A DNA stretch of 64,000 nucleotides. Origin: the human T2T-CHM13v2.0 reference genome, Homo sapiens. Position 1 is the stretch's first letter. Each line of letters starts with the position of its first letter. This document shows positions 1 to 14,900 of the stretch, one piece after another. The notes below the pieces were generated by a model. It did no database searches. It was not told the origin of the DNA and saw only the letters and a list, made by a program, of their open reading frames with translations. The DNA is taken from the NCBI RefSeq assembly GCF_009914755.1, contig NC_060930.1; one strand, given 5' to 3'. A program made the position numbers and the translations under genes.

Positions 1-2420
1 TCCACCCCTTTACTTTAAGTTTATGTGAGTCCTTACGTGTTAGGTGAGTCTCCTGAAGGCAGCAGATAGTTGATTGGTAAGTTCTTATCCATTCTGCAGT
101 TCTATATCTTTTAAGTGGAGCACTTAGGCGATTTACATTCAATGTAGTATTGAGATGTAAGGTATCATTGCATTCATTGTGCTATTTGTTGCCTGTGTAC
201 CTTGGATTTTTTGTTTTTTGTTTTTGCTTTTTAAATTGTATTTTTGTTTTATAGGTCCTATGTGATTTATGCTTTCAAGAGGTTCTGTTTTGATGTGTTT
301 CTGGATTTGTTTCAAGATTTAGAGCTCCTTATAGCAGCTCTTGTGGTGCTTCCTTAATAGTGGCGAATTCTCTCAGCATTTGTTTGTCTAAAAAAGACTA
401 TATCTTTCCTTCATATATGATGCTCAGTTTCACTGGATACAAAATTCTTGGCTGATAATTGTTTTGTTTGAGGATTCTGAAGATAAAGCCTCAATTCCTT
501 CTCGCTTGTAGGGTTTCTGCTGAGAAATCTGCTGTTAATCTCATAGGTTTTCCTTTATAAGTTAACTGGTGCTTTTGTCTCGTAGGTCTTACACTTCTTT
601 CCTTCATCTTAACTTCATCATAACCTGATGATGATGTGCCTAGGTGATTATCTTTCTGTGATGAATTTCCCAGATCTTCTTTGTGCTTCTTGTATTTGGA
701 TGTCGAGGTCTCTAGCTAGGCCAAGGAAATTTTCCTTGATTATCTCCCCAAATATGTTTCCAAACTTTTAGATTCCTTTTCTTCCTCAGGAATACCTCTT
801 CCTTATTCTTAGGTTTGGTCATTTACCATAATTCCAGACTTCTTGGAGGCCTTGTTTATATTTTCTTATTTTTTCTTTGTCTTTGTTGGATTGGGTTAAT
901 TTGAAGACCTTGTCTTTGAGCTCCGAATTTCTTTCTTCTACTTGTTCAATTCTATTGCTGAGACTTTCCAGAACATTTTGCATTTCTATAAGAGTGTCCA
1001 AGGTTTCCTGAAGTTTTGATTGTTTGTTCTTTAACAATCTATTTCCTTAAATATTTCTTCCTTCACTTCTTGTATTGTTTTTTGGATTTTCTTGCCTTTC
1101 GCTGGTGTCTCCCTGATTAGCTTAATAAGTAACCTCCTGAATTCTTCTTCAGGTTAATCAGGGATTTCTTCTTGGTTTGGATCGATTGCTGGTGAGCTAG
1201 TGTGATTTTTTGGGGGTGTTAAAGAGCCTTGTTTTGTCATATCACCAGAGTTGGTTTTCTGGTTCCTTCTCATTTGGGTAGGCTCTGTCAGAGGAAAAGT
1301 CTACGGGTGAAGGCTACTGTTCAGATTATTTTGTCCCAGGGGATGTTCCCTTAATATAGTACTCTCCCCTTTTTTCTATGGATGTGGCTTCCTGTGAGAT
1401 AAGCTGCAGTGATTGTTATATCTCTTCTGGGTGTAGCCACCCAGCAAGTCTACCAGGCTCCAGGCTGGTACTGGGGTTTGTCTGCACAGAGCCCTGTGAT
1501 GTGAACTGTCTATGGGCCTCTCAGCCATTGATACCAGCACCTGTTCCAGTGGAGGTGGCAGGGAGATGAAATGGGCTCTGTGAGGGTTCTTACCTTTGGT
1601 GATTTAAAGTTCTATTTTTGTGCTGGTTGGCGTCCTGCCAGGAGGTGGCACTTTCCAGAGAGCATCAGCTGTGGTGGTACGAAGAGGAAGTGGTGGTGGG
1701 CGGGGCCCTAGAACTCCCAAGAGTATATAGCGTTTGTCTTCAGCTACCAGGGTGGGTAGGGAAGGCCCATCAGGTGGGGGCAGGGCTAGGTGTGTCTGAG
1801 CTCAGACTCTCCTTGGAAGGGTCTTGCTGCAGCTGCTGTGGGGAATGGGGGTGAGGTTCCCAGGTCAATGGAGTCATCTACCTAGGAGGATCATGGCTGC
1901 TTCTGCTGAGTCATGCAGGTTGCCAGGGAAGTAGGGGAAAACCAACAGTCACAGGCCTCACTCAGCTCCCACACAATCTGAAGGGCTGGTCTCCCTCCCA
2001 TCATGCCCCTCCCCCAACATCCTGTTTCCAGGCAGTAGATGAGCACGGCTTGAGAACTTGCCCCAGACTAGCCACTTCCCAGGTGCAGAAGAAAAAGGAT
2101 TTGGTTCTTCCCTCACCCGTGGAGTCTGCACACCAGATTCGTGCCCTTCCCCAGGTTCTGGCCAGGAGGCTTCTTGCTGGATTCAAATTGTTACAAAGTT
2201 CAGCTGGGGACTTCCTTCTCCCTGTGGCATTTTACCCTGTGCCTCTGGTCACCCTCCCAAAAGATCCCTGTGGTACCAAGCAGGGATGGCATGCTTAGGG
2301 ACCCAGTGAGCTCCCAGGTCCTTTCCCACTGCTTCCTCTATCCCTGTATTTTGCTCAGCTCTCTAAATTGACTCAACTCCAGGTAAGGTCAGAAAGTTCT
2401 CCCACAAACTAGACCTTCAG
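1..2420 (-). mobile_element. Old L1 (L1PB-like) 5'UTR plus ORF1, continuing off the left edge
   Basis: ORF 819-1037 resembles the L1 ORF1p coiled coil (LESLSNRIEQVEERNSELKDKVFKLTQS...LQEVWNY). ORF1 is degraded. GC-richer 5'UTR at about 1250-2420. Confidence 0.85.
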
Positions 2421-2429
2421 GGGTTGGAG

Positions 2430-2862
2430 TCTATCACCATTCTCCGGTATGTAGGCTGGGCCTGCTTCTTATGGCAGGAGCAATGGCGTGCTAATCCCAA
2501 ACCAAGCCTCAAGTGGCCTTACAGTTTCTACTCTCTCTTTTGGAACTGTGCCATCACCATTTGAACAAGCCCAGTCTAGACTTCTAGAGAACAAGATACT
2601 ATAAAGGAGAGCCCACTTGTTCAGCTGAGGCCTCCTAGACCTGCTTACAACCAGCTGACTCCCAACAAGAAGAGAGAGCCCAGGCACTATTAGAAAGCTG
2701 CATACCCAACCCAAGCTGGTTACATACCTGTTTGTAGCCCAGCTACAAACAGAAGAACCACCAAGCTGACTTGTAAACTATAACATGTGCTTCTTCATTT
2801 AAAGCTTATTTAAAGTTGTTGAACTTTGGGTTGGTTTGGTTCACAGAAATAGCTAACCAATA
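2430..2862 (+). mobile_element. MLT1-type MaLR LTR relic
   Basis: Typical MLT1 segments (ctctctcttttggaac...caccat..gaacaagccc; ttgggttggtttggttcacagaaatagctaaccaata end). Confidence 0.6.
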
Positions 2863-2899
2863 AAAATGAATAAAAAATTCTGGTATGTTCAGAAAATGA

Positions 2900-3960
2900 A
2901 ATTCAAAGATGAAAATGAACACATTATTTTCTACAAACAACATGGCCAACTTGCACATCCCGTTCGGCAAAAAAAGCCAGACACAGAAGAGCACTAGCGT
3001 TTCTGTCTACCTACAAAAAATTCACAACAGGCAAAATTAGTAAAGAGTGATTTAAGTCAGCAAACTGGTGACCTCTGGGGACAGACAGTACCTGGGAGGG
3101 GACGCAAAGGACGCTTCTGAGTTGATACTCTATTCTTGATCTTGATTCTGGTTTCATGAGTCAGTTCACCTTATGAAAATTCAATGAGTTTTATACTGTT
3201 TGTGCACTTTTATCTAGGCAATTCAATAAAAGAATGTTTTAAAAAGAAATCGGTAAAGGGTTGAACAGCAAACTGACAGAAGAGAGCATAAAAAGAGCAT
3301 AAGCCTCACTAGTAGTCTAAGGAAAGCAAGCCAAAGCAATCAGAAATATTAGTTTTCATCCATTAACAGGCAATAAATTTAAAAGACTAAAATATCCAGT
3401 GCTCAAGAAGGGATGAGAAAATATTCACATACAGCTAGTGTGTGAATTTTATAAAGTAATCTGACAAATATATTAAAGTTTGAAATACATGTAATCTTGA
3501 TTCAATCCATTTAGCAATCTAGCGTATAGGAATGAAACCACCAATACATAACGATATACTTACAAGAACATTTACTGAAGCAATGTTTATGGTAGCAAAA
3601 AGCTTACAACATCTTGAATGTGCATCAAAAGTGTATGGCTGCAAAAATTATGGTTTATACATAATAGGAGATTAAATTATGTAAACATTAAAAATAATGT
3701 GTTATAATATTTTGTCCAGTAATGATGAGGGCATTAATTTGAAAAGCAAAATTCAAAGTAATAGATATAGAGTGATCCTAATTTGTTTACAAATAAAAGA
3801 GATTAACCCAAAAAAATCCTATATAAATGTTGTAAATGTTTTCTTCAGCATAAAGTTTTAGAAAAATACAAATAAATCTGTTAGCATTAGTCACCTCAGG
3901 AAAGTAGAATTTGGAGAAAGAGGGCACTACTACTTTTTATTTTATATATTTTTTACTTTT
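2900..3960 (+). mobile_element. Ancient L1M (L1ME-like) 3' fragments
   Basis: aaaaagccagacacagaagag, acaggcaaaatt and acatttactgaagcaatgtttatggtagcaaaa motifs typical of L1M 3' ends. Confidence 0.6.
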
Positions 3961-5029
3961 TTACTTATTATGAGAAGTATATATTACACTGGAAATGAAA
4001 CAAATACACGTTAGAAAATATTCTCATATTAGAAAATAAAGTGTTCTCTAGAGAAAAAAACTCCTTAATCTTTCAAATGATGAGAGATAAAAACTCAACA
4101 GTTGTGACCTCTTTGCAAGATTGTTAAAAGCCAGTCCAGAAGCACATCATATCACATATGAATTTTATCTGATTATTAATTCAAGCTGAAGAAGAAATAA
4201 ATTATCCCATAAAATATCTCTTAGCACTTGGAGTAAATATAGTTTGAAAAAAATGTGACTGAACTAACAATCTTTTGGAAAATTCTATTTGCTATATGAG
4301 TGGAAAATATTACTCAGAGTACTGACATTTCCTGTTTACCACTGAAAAAAGAACTTAGTTCTCTAACCTTGTAAATGTAATTCAACTGTGAATCTTACAA
4401 ACACTTACAATAAGAGTTTGCCTTACTAAACAAATCAGGTTCATCTGGCAGTCCAGTTCTTAAAGGAACTAAACTTTATCTTAAAAGGAAGTATAGAAAT
4501 AAAAAGGAAAGATAGTAAAAGTAATGAATTCCAAGTTATAAAGGAACTAATATACCATATAAAAATCTAGTTAAATATAAATATTTCAATTTTTCCCTCT
4601 TTTAAATGTCTCAGAAAAGTCAATGAAATCAAAGTGAGTGTCCAGCTGTTCTAAATTACTGGATAATAATATCCAAGTAATTTAGAGCTTTTTGAAAAGC
4701 TTTAAAAATTATTTAATTATAGATAGTTAAGAGATGATAAAATGGAGATATAAATCTTAGGTGTATTTTTTGCTTTGAAATTGTTTTATATTTCATATTT
4801 TGAAGGAGAGATAGAGATAAGTAATAAAAATTTATGACCTAAATTTCAATCTCAATTTCAATTAATTAACTGGATGAGAAAGGCAGTTTTTTCCTCTGGA
4901 CTTCATTTTCTGCAACCATGAAATAAAATGTTGACAAAAGCAAACAGAAGGTTTAGACTGTTAGAGGAAAGAAGGATTACTATAAAATGACAATATTTCA
5001 CATCTATTGTGCCTCAGGTGTTCCATAAA

Positions 5030-5520
5030 CATTTTCCAAATAACTTTACAGTAGTATTGTGATAGGTCATATCTCCATTTTGCCAATGGGAAAACGGATT
5101 CAGAAAAGTTCTGTAAATTACTCAAGGTCATATAAGTGGTAAATGGTAGAGCCCGGATTTGAAATCAGGTCTATGTGACCAGAAAGACAGGAAGGGCCCT
5201 TCAAGCTTAGGTTCATATAGGTTAAATAAAGTGTTAAAGCTCCCCCTACTAGACTAAATAAATGGTGTTCATAATACACGTACTAATAACACCTATGTGT
5301 GTAGCACATTTGCACTGAAAAGAGTTCAACACAGTAATTCAGATCTCAGGCATTAGAATTAAACAAGGCTAGGTTCCCACTCTATGTTTACCACATCTCG
5401 CTCCATGACATTAGAGATGACATTACATTTTTCTGAGCCTGTTTTCTCATCTAGAAAATGGCAGAGGTAGTAAGTAAAGCACAGTGTTTGGTACATGATG
5501 AGCAATCCATAAATACTTGT
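5030..5520. mobile_element. Two MIR fragments (about 5030-5180 minus, about 5340-5520 plus)
   Basis: MIR cores: ccattttgccaatgggaaaacggattcaga and tctgagcctgttttctcatctagaaaatgg. Confidence 0.65.
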
Positions 5521-6122
5521 CTTCTAAAATTCAATATTTTAAAAGCATTTTCAAAGTAATCTTGAGAAGATATGAATTGTTATTTTTATGTTATATATGG
5601 GTATATACTAACACCAAAATCATAAAAGTTAAGGGAAAAGTAAAGGGGCATATTCAAAAACCCTGTGTTTAGTTTCCATCCTAAAGGACCAATTTTACAT
5701 TGAAGGTATGAGGCTAAAATCAGCTATTATGGAGAAAATACCCAATTTTATTAATAAAGGTAATTTTATAAAGACTATGGAAGATTGTGATGACTAAGAG
5801 AAACAAACATACATCTTTGGAGGATGACCTTAAAGCAGTATTTTTTCAAAGCTTGGTAAATAAATAAATAATTCCTTGAGAACTTTCTTTAGGCCCATGC
5901 TTCAGTAAAATAGAAAGCAAAATGAGACAAACCTTTTCTATAAAAAAACCCACATATATCACATACATTTAAATTATTAAGAAAACACAGCTGACATTAG
6001 CGATGGAAATGGACATGGCTCTAACAAACTCCACTGTGAAGTCACTGGCTCTAGGGAAGACCTTGTCATTTCCACAAGAACTGAAAGGCCATCGTCCTCT
6101 TAGGAACTGCCTGCAGCTTTCC

Positions 6123-6375
6123 TTTTTTTTTTTTTTCTGAGGCAGGATCTTGCTCTGTCTCCCAGACTGGAGTGCAGTGGTGAGAAAACGGCTCACTGCA
6201 GCCCCAAACTCCTGGGCTCAAGTGATCCTCTCATTTCGGCCTCCCAACTAGCTGGTACCAGCTAAATTTTTTAAATTTTTCTTTAGAGACAAGAACTCCC
6301 TCCATTACCCAGGGTGGTCTCGAATTCTCCTCCCAAGATGCTGGGATGACAGGTGAAAGCCACTGCATCTGCCTA
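6123..6375 (-). mobile_element. AluJ-type element, degenerate with deletions
   Basis: Poly-T followed by diverged Alu right and left arms. Confidence 0.85.
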
Positions 6376-6395
6376 GCTTCACTTTAAAGAACTAA

Positions 6396-6786
<391 letters not shown>

Positions 6787-8589
6787 CAGAGTTTTAACAA
6801 TAAATAAAATTTGTTAAAGCCACACAGGAGTAATACTCAAGATAAAATTAGTGACCCCATTTAGGTATTAAAGGCCTCAGACTTCAGTCCTCCCTTCAAT
6901 ATTACAAAATGGGGACTTTGGTATGGTTAAGGTATTCTCTGATCAAAAAATCCATTTATCCTGACAACAAGTAACTGCAGGGATTCTGCATTCTAATTTG
7001 ATGTATTAGACTATGGGTTTAAAGTTTAGCCAGCAGCTGTTAGCTGGCTTTAGTATGGGCAGATGTTGGTTGTATCAAGTATTCTTTGCCACATGTGGGA
7101 CCAAGTGGAGCTTCCTCAGGGACCAATGTGTAATACTTCAGAATGTTAATGTTGAAGTCAGCGTCCTATTTTTTTAGTCAATGAATGCTGTTTTCTGTAG
7201 ACCTAACAGTCACGTTTGGAGGCTAAACCAGCAAAAGTGTTTATGTCTGTTTACTTTTTAAATAGATCATCTTCCCCAGCAATGGGCAAATTACTTAACC
7301 TTTCTGGGCGTCAGTTTCCTCATCTGTAAAATGAAGATAGTAACACTGCCTACATCATAGGTTGTTTATGAGGACTGACAATCCCCAAATTGGACAGTTC
7401 TCTCAATAAATGTTGGTTCTTATCATCTAATTTTATCTTGATGCTTAAGCACATCAACAGAGGTTGCCTCTGTTTATGCCTCTGCAGTCATGCTCACCAC
7501 ACCACTACTTCCACCTACCTAAAATTCATCTACTCTGTGCTTTCCCCAAATTATTCTTTCCATATGGCATGGGACTGTGCCCAAACAATCACTGCTTTCT
7601 CCTTTCTTCTTCTCCTTTACTGCCACTATCACATAGCTTGACATGAATGTTCATTCGGCAGCTTTGGGGGCTCTCTAATATTTATGTGTACATCTCTTCC
7701 TCCCATCCAGACTGTGAGGTCTTTGGGCTGAAAAACTACGTGTTATATTGCTCTATATACAAGACATAGCACTGAATGCTGTCCAAAGCAGACACTCACT
7801 AGATACTCTGATTCTTCCTCACGATTTACAGGTGTAGTGTGAAGGAATGTTTCCAGCTGATTAAAATATATAGTGGGCATATCGAGTATACATCTGATTT
7901 CTGAAACATACCATAAACCAAAGTGTCTCTCCTATATTTTCAACATTTCCTCAGGACAAGCTAAAGACCAAGAGGCTATGGGAGCATTATTAACAGTTAC
8001 TTACATGGTCTTGCCTTCACTAATTTTTATAATTCCACACAGAGCAATTCAGTGAGATTTCAGTGGTGCAAAGATCTCTCTTTATTGGTAATGAGATGCA
8101 TTTTAAAGTCAGTGAGGTGGTTTTCAGTGTATGGTTCCTAAAATGGACCCATTACATTATAAACATGAATGTATAGCATTAACCTCCATGTATATATTTC
8201 ACTAGAGCATAAATCTTTTTTCTGTCTTAGAAGAAATTACCCCTTCTATCTGAATTAGTTCATAAAACTCAGCTGTGGTTACAGGAAACAGCTGGTGTTT
8301 TTGCCTCTCCATTTTCACCAAAAAAAAAAAAACAGCAAGCAATGCATCAAGGAATAAACTATCTCAAAACCATAAACTGCTTAACTCTTCTTCATGTGCA
8401 TGCAACTAACATAGTATATTTCGATAGACATTCAATATGTGTTCACCCTTTACAATATTTGTTGAATAAAATACTTTATTACTATAATAAGATGTATTAC
8501 TGCTACTTAATATGAAGGGCATTTTACTAGGTGCCATAAAATGTAACTTGACAAATGCAATCTCCTGGGAAATTTTAATATATATAAAA

Positions 8590-8730
8590 CAGTTATTTTC
8601 AAACAGAGGGTTTATATCAGAGTCACTTGGGGAACTTTTCCCAAAACACAGCAACAACCACTATCATCACAAAAGCCTGGACTCCCTCCCTAAAGATTCT
8701 GATTCTAACATGCACCCTAGGTTATGAATC
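8590..8730. mobile_element. MER5-type hAT relic
   Basis: atcagagtcacttggggaactttt...aaagattctgattctaacatgcaccctaggtt. Confidence 0.5.
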
Positions 8731-10144
8731 AAGAAAAATACAATAATAGCTCAATGAAGCAAATCTCAACTATAACATTTTTGATATGTTAGTGTAGTAT
8801 TTTTCTTCATAAAAGAGATATACTATTAAGCTCTTATATATAATCTGAATTTTTGATGCACAAATACATTCATGTTAAATGACCCAAAGAAAGTCTTGAT
8901 ACCTTAAAGAAGGTATTGATAACTCAGTAAAGGTGTGAAAAAGTATCCTCTGATTTATGAGTTTTATAAACTTGAATATAAAATATCTCACTTATCAAAA
9001 GTGAGTTTCCACATATAATTTTTCCTGCTAATCACTAAAAGCTCCATTTATAAAAACTATTAAAAATTTCATTGTTGTATCATAGGGCAACAGATATCTT
9101 CCTGTTTTGATAAGTATACAATTGTTTCCATTGAAAATAGAAAACAAAAAAATAAAATTGACCTGTGATATCCTATGGCAACACACAAAAATTATCTGAA
9201 TTCCTTTCAAAATTTTAAGAAAATCTTTTATTATAATTTTATTCGTATATATTTATACACTTATTCTATAAATTTCCAACTTTGTCAATTCCAATAATAC
9301 AATGAAAGAAGTCACAGAATTTTAAGGGTTAAAGATCACTTAGAACAACTTCTCAGTTATACAGATTTATAGTCTTTGAGTTGTTATTAACATGAATTTG
9401 GTCTCTTGAGAGGCATTGTGGTGCAGTCACATTAATTTTCAGCTGACCAAAGGTTAAAGTAAGATTAGAACCCAGACTGTCAGTCTGGTTCTTAGGTCTT
9501 TTCTGAGATGCCAACACTTCTAGTTTTCTCTCCAACAACATATATCTCTTCGTGTTTTAGAGCACTTTAGGTATTTTGTCATAAATTTAACTGCCAAGTG
9601 AAAAATGTTAGTATTTCTTCTCATGAGTAGCTTTTTACAGATCGTTATAGCAAAGGGGAATCAAACAGTCCATTACCATTAATTTCACTTAACTCCAAAG
9701 AAGATCTTAGCTCAGCTTAAACAGAAAGCTTTTGGCTTGCTTCCAGCAATCTTTATGCTACAAGACGTGTCCAATAAGATTAGCAGTCTCACTAACTTCT
9801 TTCCACGGAAATTATTTCCAATTCCTTTCTCCCTAATATCATCTCCAAGATTTAACATGAAGCCTTTTTGCAGCCATAATCTTTAGCCTAATCATCTTAC
9901 TCTAATCTTACTTTAAAGACTTCCTAAATCACAAATGAAACTTCGTATGTGTCATCCATTGTTAATGAGCATTTGTAATCCCCAAGGGTGAAATCACCCA
10001 GTCTCTGTGTACTCATATGTGACTAGATCTAAGTCACTTTCCAGGATCTCTGGACTGATGTCTCTGGAAGATTCTGGTGGGGTCTGCTCACACAGTCCTG
10101 TGTCCTGTGTCTATGCATTAATTCCGTAGGACTCAAAAGTAGTC

Positions 10145-10403
10145 CAGCAGAATATAGTATTTTGCACTTCCAAATTTGTTGAGTGTAGATCTCATGTCAA
10201 ATGTTCTTACCACAATAAAAAACAAAAAAAAAAAACCAAAGAGACTCAAGGAAACAAGGGAGGTGATGAATATGTCTATTACCTTGGTTGGTGATGTCAC
10301 TATAAGTGTCTGCATATTTCCAAGCTCATCAAATGGTACACACTATAACTGTGCAGTTCTTTGTATATCTGTTATACCTCAACAAAGCTGTCAAAAAATA
10401 AAA
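10145..10403 (+). mobile_element. L1MB/MA 3' end
   Basis: gtagatctcatgtcaaatgttcttaccac...ggaggtgatgaatatgt...ttatacctcaacaaagctgt followed by an A-rich tail. Confidence 0.75.
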
Positions 10404-11724
10404 AGTAGCTCAGGTTCTGACAAGTTTACTTAAAGAACTCATGGCTGGATATAAGCTATCAGACTTCTTCCACGCAAATTATTTTTCATTGTAACTTATG
10501 CATCTTGAAAAAAATAATAAGGCCTGGATAGATATTTAGAAGTAGAAGGCTAGCAAAATTGTATGGAAAAAGCCCCATTAGTATTGCTCAGAAGATCTGC
10601 ATTCAAGTCTTGGCTCTACTTCACCTAATTTGTGTAATGTTGAGCAAGCTACATAAGCTTGCTGTGTCTCAGTGTGTTCATATGGAAAGTGGTGGTTATT
10701 CAACTTACTTTGTGGGAGGCTGTGAAAACCTAGTGAAATAATGTATTTAAAGTATCAAAAAAACAAGAAAGTATTTTACCTACATACTTCCTTGCATGTA
10801 AGTAAAAGTCATTCATAATTTAATGTTACCACACCTCTTAATCCCATTGTGCTATCAACATCTAGAATTCAACATAAATATCTTAGTATTCTTTCAATAA
10901 AGTGCTGTTAATTAAATTATTTACTAATTTTTATAATGAATAATTACCAAGAAATGTGCTAGTGCTATTCAATTTTCTCATCTAAACTTTTGTACTACCT
11001 GAAAAAGATATACAAGGTTGGAGTAGACTTGGTTGGTAGAAGAAAAATTAAAAAATAAAAAAAAATTGTTTCATGTCAGTTGAAAATGGCATTATTTTAA
11101 GGCCATAGAATGGAAGACTAATGGGTGACTTAAGAATGTCAAAGATTATTTCCCAGAGGATAGTCACCAGTTGGTTTTTATCCTTACTTAGACAAGAACA
11201 GGAGGAAATTAGCTTAAATTTCATTTGGGTTAGAGTAATGGAAGCAAGCTATGAAATCTAATTCCCAGGGAATCTTTTCTTCAAAATAAAATAGAGACTT
11301 ACTGCCTACCATTGTTTCAGTGCAGCCCTGACTCCAAGAATGAGAAAACACTAGATGAAGTTTTAGTCATTCATCTCTATAATTCCCTTCAAGGGAAGAA
11401 AACAAGCAATGACGAGCCTATTATGCAACAGGTGTTTTCACTTGTTTTCATTTCATCTTTGCTGAAAATTATTTTCCTCACTTTGCAAGTCAAGATGCAA
11501 GCTATGAGCATTTAGTCTTCCCAAGGTTATCCAGTGAATGAGAAAGAGAGTTTGAACACAACTGCTAACTACCTCCAGAGCCAATTCTTGTACACTGCAC
11601 CAACTTATCTCAGTAAAGTCTTGCTCACCCTGGCACTCCTAATTTTTATCTTTATTTTAAAATGACATTATCTCTGTGACTTAAGAGGTATCTGAAAACT
11701 GAAGCAAATTGGGAATATAGCCAG

Positions 11725-11960
11725 TACTTATTGAGCTATCTAATACATTGCCAAACATATAAGCACTCTACAGATACTGCCTTCATTTGATGACAGCTAA
11801 CATACGAGGCAAATACGGTTATCAGCCCTATGTACAGACGGAACCTAAGGCTCAAGGAAGTTAAATTGCTTGCCCTGGATTCCACACTAGTAGGCTGAGG
11901 AGCCAAGATTCAAACCAGTTGCTCTGACCCTGTAGGCCATGGTACAACCACTAGATAATA
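11725..11960 (-). mobile_element. MIR
   Basis: cctatgtacagacggaacctaagggctcaaggaagttaaattgcttgccc core. Further MIRs at about 7280-7420, 10600-10750, 12480-12615, 14350-14560, 23830-24030, 35170-35395 and 60930-61160. Confidence 0.65.
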
Positions 11961-14900
11961 CGGATATTATAAAGATTTGTGGTTTCAGAATTTGATTTGT
12001 TGTGAATACTTTACATTTGCAGCCTTTCTGTGTTTAGAACCAGCTGTTCCCAAAACTTAATAGCCATTAAATAATATCAGTAACAAGTTTAGTTAAGTGC
12101 ATGGGAATTTAAAGATAAAAAAGTGAGTGTTGTATAGCCCAGAAATAAGAAAGTCTATGAGCCTCTTTTTAAAAAATCAAGTATTTCTGTCAACAGACCA
12201 AGCAGCCACACATGTCTCTAGACATTCTGGATTCTCCTGGGGATTCTGGGGCACTTTGGCATGCTCTAGAAAGGACTAAGATGCCTCCAAACTTATCCTC
12301 CAAGTCCATGCTCGAGGTGCTAAAGAAAGGGGCCTTTTAACTTCAAGGGAGGCAGTGGCGTACTCAGTATTTTCACCTCAGCATGCCCTGTGACTGAAAA
12401 GCATGCATGTCAGGAACTCAGACCACAGAGCAGCAGCCAAACCCCAGCACAGACTTTTCTTTTTGTTTTCGTCAAATCACAGATATTTAGAAGTAGAAAG
12501 AGCCTATTGAGGTCATCTGGTCCAATCCCTTTATCTTACAGACAAGGAATTTGAGGACCAGGCAAGGTTAAGTACTTTCTCTAGGGTCAGAAAGCTAATT
12601 AGTGACAGAGTTAGCAATAAATCACTTCCATGAAAAGACATGCTTTCAAAGCAAATTTAATTACCTTGTACTCTCAAGTGACTAATAAGAACACCCATGT
12701 AGCTAGACGATCTCCAGTGTTTCCATGAAGTAGATGTAACTCAAGAGGATCTTGAATGAACTTTACAACATTGAACAATCTAAGTCAGCAGTCTTTCAAA
12801 TGCACTAATTTGAGTCAAATCATTACTTTTAGGGGAAGTGTTCCTACCAACTTTTTTTCTGTACAAAGTTACAGTTTCAGCCACAGTAAATGCCCCAGTA
12901 TTTTCATCTCTTGTCTAGTAGATAAAAAATAGATAAAACTTACAATACACTTAGAAATGAGGAATAATTTTTGGCATCCATAAACATTGTAACACAAATT
13001 ATTAAAGGAAAAGATTCTTGATTTTTATAGCATAACTTTTTCTCTAGAAGATCAAGAATCATCTATTTTATCAATTGATGACAAAACCCAGAGGTGCAGG
13101 GGTAATCCACTGGTGTTAATAATTTAATAACCAAATAGAGTGTTGCAAAATATTTAAGAGAAATGGAAAGTATTTTCACGTAAGATAGATTATGAAAGTT
13201 AATTTATTTCAACATGAATCTAGCTAAAAATCCAAAGATTTGCCTTTAGAAAATAAATAGAGTTAAATAAGAAAAGATAGAAGGGAAACATCAATAAGTA
13301 AGAAGAAAAAATTCTAGAGTTGGAATGGATATGGGTTAAAAACACAAATAACCATTAAGTCAGTAGTTAACAGCAAACACCTAGTCTCCCATATGAAAAA
13401 GTGAAACAGAAGGTGAACACATAAAAAAACAATGAGAACTAGACGGGGCAGTCTGTGCAAATGCAGGCTGACAACAAACCAAAATGCTGTTTCCATCGGG
13501 GGAAAAACTGCATCAATTAAAATATGTCTTGAAATATTATTTCAGGAAAGAAGGAAAGAGATATACTGTCAGAGAAGAGCTAATTCTGACAGCCATAAAA
13601 GCATGTAGTTTGACATTGAGAATGCTTAAATTCCCACAGTTTACTAAATTTAACCCCAAAGACTTACACATTCTCAGAAAATAGAAACCCTCTATCGCAC
13701 TTAACATTTCAGAAACGTGTTAATGATAAGGTTTTCCATTTGACTGTGTCTTTTTAAGTGAGCACAGTAGAAAAACAGGCAGCAATGTCCATTTGACATG
13801 TTGTATTAAGCCTAACGTTCATGTTAGGTGCCTACTATAGGAAAATCAATTTTCGAGTGGCTATTTCATGGCTCTACAGTAATCTGGCTTCAAGGACATT
13901 CCATGGCTATTCAATGTCAATTATTCTTAAATTTTCATGTTCTAGGAAACACTCCCCAAATGAAATCATTGAGATTTATGAGTGCTACCAATAGAAGAGA
14001 ACAGAAGCATGGATATTTCATGGGAGAAAAAAGATGTTCTGTTCAGTATCAAGTAATAAAGCATAGCATTTCTCTTCCTGTAGCAATTGATGATGAAGAG
14101 GATGATGACAGTGTTTTACCTCAACTTCACATTTCTCCAAAGCTGAAAATTTTCAAGGTGACCTCCCTAAATGAAGTGATGGACAAACTAGGTTTTCTTT
14201 GGAACTCTGACTGCCTAGAAAGGGTTGACTTGTTTGGGATCCCTCTGTAATCCAGAAACCTAACAAGATGATCAACAGATTAGCAATTGAGTGTTGCTAG
14301 TGATCTACAAAATTTTATTGAATTTACTTACCTTGTTTAACAGAAATTATGTTCCCAGCACTGTTATAAATACTTTATAAATATTAAACTCATTTGATTC
14401 ACTTAATACTCATAGCAATCTTGTTAGGTAAGAACTATTATTATCACCATTTTCCAGAGGAGGAAACTGAGGCACAGAGAGGTAAATTGATTTGCCTAAG
14501 GTCACACAACTAGTAAGTATAATCCTCTCTTAAAACCCAGCAATGGTCAGCCTTTAAGCCTGATACTGCATCCTTTTCCGGGCCTTCTCACTAAATGGGA
14601 GTTTTCAATGAAAAGTCATTCAGGGAGCAACATTGAAAATAAATAGTTGCCTGATCATAATAGTTGAGTTTATTAATAGTTTTGTAAGTGTCAGATACTG
14701 TGCTAAGTGCTTAAAAAACAACAACTCCTGTTTGATCCTTAATGTAAGCAATTCCATTAGGAGGCACCATTTCCATTTAAATGAAAATACTGAACTGTGT
14801 GTGGCTAACAACTTTTCTGTAAGTTACATGACTAATAAATGGAAAGAAGGAATTCAAACCTGAACTATCCATCCAGTCACGGAACCCACCTACCGTAGTA

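Noticed and set aside
13828-14250. 140-aa plus-strand ORF with an acidic patch
   Set aside because: GTG start, no recognisable domain, no exon structure or retrocopy hallmarks; the acidic run comes from a short GAT/GAA repeat.
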